A stretch of DNA of 40,285 nt. Source: Thraustochytrium aureum. Taxonomy: Eukaryota. Within the stretch, counting starts at the first letter, position 1; the number at the start of each line of letters is the position of its first letter. Both the position numbers and the translations under genes were made by a program. The notes under the pieces are model-generated. The model saw only the letters and a program-made list of their open reading frames with translations, had not been told where the DNA came from and made no database searches. Positions 35,383 through 40,285 of the stretch are shown in pieces. Location: assembly GCA_012862495.1 (NCBI GenBank), contig BLSG01000180.1, forward strand, positions 161,020 to 201,304, given 5' to 3'.

Positions 35383-36381
35383 NNNNNNNNNNNNNNNNNN
35401 NNNNNNNNNNNNNNNNNNNNNNNNNNNNNNNNNNNNNNNNNNNNNNNNNNNNNNNNNNNNNNNNNNNNNNNNNNNNNNNNNNNNNNNNNNNNNNNNNNNN
35501 NNNNNNNNNNNNNNNNNNNNNNNNNNNNNNNNNNNNNNNNNNNNNNNNNNNNNNNNNNNNNNNNNNNNNNNNNNNNNNNNNNNNNNNNNNNNNNNNNNNN
35601 NNNNNNNNNNNNNNNNNNNNNNNNNNNNNNNNNNNNNNNNNNNNNNNNNNNNNNNNNNNNNNNNNNNNNNNNNNNNNNNNNNNNNNNNNNNNNNNNNNNN
35701 NNNNNNNNNNNNNNNNNNNNNNNNNNNNNNNNNNNNNNNNNNNNNNNNNNNNNNNNNNNNNNNNNNNNNNNNNNNNNNNNNNNNNNNNNNNNNNNNNNNN
35801 NNNNNNNNNNNNNNNNNNNNNNNNNNNNNNNNNNNNNNNNNNNNNNNNNNNNNNNNNNNNNNNNNNNNNNNNNNNNNNNNNNNNNNNNNNNNNNNNNNNN
35901 NNNNNNNNNNNNNNNNNNNNNNNNNNNNNNNNNNNNNNNNNNNNNNNNNNNNNNNNNNNNNNNNNNNNNNNNNNNNNNNNNNNNNNNNNNNNNNNNNNNN
36001 NNNNNNNNNNNNNNNNNNNNNNNNNNNNNNNNNNNNNNNNNNNNNNNNNNNNNNNNNNNNNNNNNNNNNNNNNNNNNNNNNNNNNNNNNNNNNNNNNNNN
36101 NNNNNNNNNNGGTCAGGTCGTCAAATCCGAATTCTGATCTGTTCTGTTCTGCTGATTCTGTTCTTTTGATCCAAGCACCGCCCTAACCGTACGGGTTAGG
36201 GTGGTCTTGGTTGGCCAGACAGCGACGCACAGAGAGCGGAGCAGTGTCACATCGCGCGAAGGCGGCCGACAGCGAGAGCGACAGGCGCCCACTTCGTTGC
36301 GCTCGTAGGTTCTCAGCGAGGTTTTGCGGAGGCAATCCAGGTGCCTGGCGGGTGTGCGTGAAGCAAGTCGGATTCTTCAAG

Positions 36382-36546
36382 ATGGTCAAGATTGGCGAGG
36401 TCGTCGCGGCGGGCAGCTCGGTGCTCTCCGTGGTCAAGGTGGTCGTGCACGTCACGTTTCTGCCCACGCTGCTCTACGTTGGGTACAAGACTTGCGAGCC
36501 GCGCCCCGACTTGCTGACCATGCTGAGCCCCAACCCGCTCTTTTGA
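36382..36546 (+). CDS. TOM7: Tom7-like mitochondrial outer-membrane translocase subunit (54 aa)
   Basis: MVKIGEVVAAGSSVLSVVKVVVHVTFLPTLLYVGYKTCEPRPDLLTMLSPNPLF fits the Tom7 pattern K-x3-H-x2-F-[IL]-P-x3-Y-x-G...P-x-P-x-L-x2-[LM]-L-S-P. It has a single TM segment, GC3-rich codons and a CAAG-ATG-G start context. Confidence 0.82.
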   Translation: MVKIGEVVAAGSSVLSVVKVVVHVTFLPTLLYVGYKTCEPRPDLLTMLSPNPLF

Positions 36547-38336
36547 GCTCCTTGCGAGGCGTGTAGGTAGTAGGAACCAATTAAATGCTTTGCACCGTGC
36601 AGGTTGAAGAAAGCCCGTTGAGCTCGCGCGACCGGCGCAGACCCTACGATTGGGCGTAGCCAGGTGCGTTGTTCTGACTCCTGTTGCGCTTGCTTGGACG
36701 GGGCGCTGCCGCCAACGCGCAGCACGGCAACCTGCTGTTGGCCCGAGCGCGACGTCGTAATTGAAGGCACGGCCCTGCTCGTAGAGCTGTTGCTGTTTCA
36801 CTGTTGCTGCACCAGTACCCTTGAACTGGATTTCGGCTGTATCCGGCGGCGGTAGCAGCACCCTGCTCCTGCTCTAGAAGGGAGCGACCGCCTCTGCGAC
36901 TTGCGCGTGGTGCACTTTGAGAAAGCTGCATGTATCCCTCCAAGGCACTGCGGAGCGCTTGATGCACGCCATGCGAAACGCGGTGTAAAGCTGTGCGCGC
37001 CGCGCCGATCGCGCGCCGCGGGTGGCGATTCGTTTCTCATTCGTTCGTTTGACTTGGCAAGGGTCCGCTCCGGCCTTACCAGTATGCTGGTCTGGTACAC
37101 CTCGTTTCGCTTGTTGGTGTGCCCTCCGTGTGGTTGGTACGCCACGGGAAACGAGTCGCACTGAGGCAGCACCAGCTCGCTGCGCCACAGAGACTGCACG
37201 CCGGAGAGGACGCCACCGGGGCTGCGCCTCGCAGCCTGAAATGAATGAACGGCGGGCCTATCCAGAGCATGATGACGCAGACAGAACTTGACACCTTGGC
37301 GATGCTGGCGCGAGGCATGTCAGTGAGAATCTGTCGAAAATCTCAAGCGGCCTGAAGAGGTCGGCGCAGGCGGCCTCATCTGGCAGCATGCGAACATTGC
37401 GAAGGCACGAGCCGCTGGCGAGCGAGCCCGAGTCGCCAGTGGCCTCGATCACGAAGGGCAGCCTCAGGAGGGGCCTGCTGGCGTGTGTCACGTTCGCTGC
37501 AAGTATGATGTAGTGTACTAGAGTACTCTTCACCTTCCCGAAGAGCCGCGGTTGGAAACCGCGCGAGCAAGGTTGGAATCGTAAAAACGCTCCTTGCTGG
37601 AGCAGCTTCTGCAGTGACATGTACCAACACGGAGNNNNNNNNNNNNNNNNNNNNNNNNNNNNNNNNNNNNNNNNNNNNNNNNNNNNNNNNNNNNNNNNNN
37701 NNNNNNNNNNNNNNNNNNNNNNNNNNNNNNNNNNNNNNNNNNNNNNNNNNNNNNNNNNNNNNNNNNNNNNNNNNNNNNNNNNNNNNNNNNNNNNNNNNNN
37801 NNNNNNNNNNNNNNNNNNNNNNNNNNNNNNNNNNNNNNNNNNNNNNNNNNNNNNNNNNNNNNNNNNNNNNNNNNNNNNNNNNNNNNNNNNNNNNNNNNNN
37901 NNNNNNNNNNNNNNNNNNNNNNNNNNNNNNNNNNNNNNNNNNNNNNNNNNNNNNNNNNNNNNNNNNNNNNNNNNNNNNNNNNNNNNNNNNNNNNNNNNNN
38001 NNNNNNNNNNNNNNNNNNNNNNNNNNNNNNNNNNNNNNNNNNNNNNNNNNNNNNNNNNNNNNNNNNNNNNNNNNNNNNNNNNNNNNNNNNNNNNNNNNNN
38101 NNNNNNNNNNNNNNNNNNNNNNNCAGCCAGCGACGCGCAACTGCGAACTGGCGCGCTGCTCCAGCAGGCGCAGTCCCTCAACGCAGCGCCTCACTGCCAC
38201 GCGACGGAGCTGCGCGAGCCCTGCACAGCCGCCTGACAGACCGTCGGTGGCGGCGTCGCCCGGGCTGGGGACTGGCTGACTGATAAGTGTTTCGCGTTTT
38301 GCGCGCGGTCGAGGGGGATCAGCCGAGCGGAATCGA

Positions 38337-40031
38337 ATGATTCCACCGCGCGAGGGCGCAAGCGCACAAACAGGGCGCGGAGGCGGGGACTACGACCCGG
38401 CGGTAACGACCTTGGACAGCGCCGCCCCTGTCGCGCGCAAACAGAAAGGCGTCAACAACGGGGTAACCTCGCACGAGGTCTTCGCCTCGTTTGTCACATA
38501 CGACCAGGAAACAGGCAGGCCGGACACCAGCCGCATCCTCAGCAAAGCCTGCTTCGACAAATGGATGTCGACAAGGCTTGGCAAGCCTCACAACCCGCCG
38601 CGTGCCTTCAAGGACGCGCTGAAGGCTATCGTGACAGCAAGCAACCGCTCAACTCCATTCCCGCCAGATGTCGAGGCGGATCTCCTCAGCCGGGTACGCG
38701 TCAAAGGCCAAAAATGGCCCGCGTTCGAGGACATGCCCGGCGTCAACATTGGCATGCGCGGGTGGCGCGTGCAGGGATTTCACGAGAAGGCGCGTCAAGC
38801 GAAGACGAGCCTGGCGAAGCCGCACGAGTCGAAGGGGGCGGCGGAGCTTTGCGGGGGCAATCAAGCGGCATCCTGCAGCGAGAACTCTGGCACTGGTCCG
38901 GTGGGGCCGGAGCATCCTCGCCACACTCTCGAAGGACGACGCTATGAGGCGCTCCAACAGCTCGAGACCGTCGAGGAACATGGCAACAACGGTCGCCACA
39001 GCAGCGTGCTGGTCCAGCCCGAGACGAGTGATCCGAGCCGCGAGGAGGTCCCTGAGACATGCGTCGCAGACGCTTTCGGAGCAGGAAGAGTCACCCAATC
39101 GGACAGAGATCTCCTTGATGCGCTCGCCACCTCCCCATGGCCGTCGGTCGAGGACGATAGCGGCGCCATTGCCGCTTCGGCAAGGGTCAACCACGACTTG
39201 CTGGCCCAGAACGTCCCAGACTTGACGATTGGCAAGGCCAGCAAGCGGCGCGATCGCGGACGGGAGGACTTTGTCGCAGTCGTCACTGCGCCAGGCCTGA
39301 AGACTCGCCGTTCTTCGCTCGACGACGGCGCCAGAGCTGCGCGAAACGAAATCGACTTTGAGCGTACCTCTGAGGTCGACTCGCGTGCCCTCGTCTGGTC
39401 CTACAATGTGTTTGAGACCCTCTGCAACTATCCGACCGTCGGCTGTGAATACCACTATCCAGTTCTCCAGACCTTGCTGGAGCCCAACGTGGCGCAGAGG
39501 TTCCACACTCTCCGCATGCTAAACGACCCGCGCCTCGACGAGCACTTTGTGTGTCCTGCATTCTCGACATTCCTCAAAGACCGGCCGGTTTACGCCTGCA
39601 CATGCGAGTATGCAATGGACGGCAGTCCTTTCGTGGTCACGGAACGCGACGATGGCGTAGTGTTAGACCTGTTCGAGCGGGAGATCATCAACGAGCCACT
39701 CCCATGCTCAGAATGTCCTCTGTATGACGCGTGGATAGTGTACCTGTACGAAATGACTGGTACGGAGGAGCGTATGTTTCGTGGCGAGACCGTCTGGGGC
39801 CACGGCATCATCACCACCATTTCGGGAAAGAAATGCATTCGTTATTCTATTCAGGTCACTGGCCAGTCCCCGTCGGGCTCCGCCATCCTCAAGTTTGATG
39901 CCCAGGACCTGAGCGACAAATTCCAACACCTTCTCGCGATGCCAGACATGTTTCCAGGAATCTTGTCCTTTCAGCGCGGGTCCAGGTCCGTCGCTATGCA
40001 GAGCGGCAATATTGCGACGGAGCAGCGATAA
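38337..40031 (+). CDS. Uncharacterised 564-aa protein: N-terminal basic/aromatic globular domain, disordered linker, C-terminal PAS-like domain
   Basis: Uninterrupted 1.7-kb ORF. The N-domain is SHEVFASFV...CFDKWMSTR...PPRAFKDALKAIVT...PFPPDVEADLL...WPAF...IGMRGWRVQGFHEK. The C-domain shares motifs with the 19275-21454 protein. A CTGAC...CAG (38276-38321) upstream suggests a possible 5' intron. Confidence 0.82.
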   Translation: MIPPREGASAQTGRGGGDYDPAVTTLDSAAPVARKQKGVNNGVTSHEVFASFVTYDQETGRPDTSRILSKACFDKWMSTRLGKPHNPPRAFKDALKAIVTASNRSTPFPPDVEADLLSRVRVKGQKWPAFEDMPGVNIGMRGWRVQGFHEKARQAKTSLAKPHESKGAAELCGGNQAASCSENSGTGPVGPEHPRHTLEGRRYEALQQLETVEEHGNNGRHSSVLVQPETSDPSREEVPETCVADAFGAGRVTQSDRDLLDALATSPWPSVEDDSGAIAASARVNHDLLAQNVPDLTIGKASKRRDRGREDFVAVVTAPGLKTRRSSLDDGARAARNEIDFERTSEVDSRALVWSYNVFETLCNYPTVGCEYHYPVLQTLLEPNVAQRFHTLRMLNDPRLDEHFVCPAFSTFLKDRPVYACTCEYAMDGSPFVVTERDDGVVLDLFEREIINEPLPCSECPLYDAWIVYLYEMTGTEERMFRGETVWGHGIITTISGKKCIRYSIQVTGQSPSGSAILKFDAQDLSDKFQHLLAMPDMFPGILSFQRGSRSVAMQSGNIATEQR

Positions 40032-40285
40032 GCGATAGCATGGCGTAGTTTACAAACAGTACGAGGTAGCTCTCAAAGTTGCGATATCCACCCCGATTGC
40101 AGCTGGTCGTGTGCTGGATGTCCTCTCTCGCTAGAGATAGGAGCCGACTTGTTGGTTCGCTGCGGCGCGTCCCGCGACTGCGGAGCAGGCCAACCAAGAA
40201 AGTTGCGTTGGTCCTTTCTTCTTCGGACGATGACTGCGGATCTCAACAGCGAGAGCCCCAACACCACAAGGGTCACAGTGGCGAG

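Noticed and set aside
24885..36546. Functional cluster of mitochondrial genes (OTC, SLC25, TOM7)
   Set aside because: The genes are interspersed with unrelated ones, and the carrier could be peroxisomal. The arrangement is compatible with chance in a gene-dense genome.
14822..38279. ORF-track entries spanning N-runs (poly-X)
   Set aside because: These are artefacts of translating gaps; the frame across a gap is undefined.
1..40285. tRNA, rRNA, transposase, reverse transcriptase or viral genes
   Set aside because: No such motifs were recognised in the visible sequence; the gaps cannot be assessed.

Overview
GC-rich, intron-poor eukaryotic draft scaffold with nine N-gaps, not prokaryotic. A flagellated protist is implied; a labyrinthulomycete/thraustochytrid-type stramenopile is my best guess, by inference only. 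In order it holds: RAB4 (spliced, 5'-partial, +); an axonemal outer-arm dynein heavy chain of the gamma/DNAH5-8 class (-, >13.5 kb); a Gln/His-rich protein with a C-terminal PAS-like domain (+); an RBM26/27-like RRM protein (-); mitochondrial-type ornithine carbamoyltransferase (+); a DHX36/57-like DExH helicase (-); an importin-alpha-like ARM protein with an unusual Cys-rich and basic C-terminal extension (-); a BMT5/DUF2431-like methyltransferase (-); the start of an SLC25 carrier (+); a small TOM7 gene (+); and an uncharacterised 564-aa protein (+). Several conserved genes carry 1-nt indels, mostly in short homopolymers, most likely assembly errors. The most interesting observation is that the two unannotatable proteins (19275-21454 and 38337-40031) share a ~135-aa C-terminal PAS-like module with matching motifs and spacing but have different N-termini. 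This suggests a lineage-specific family of sensor-type regulators.
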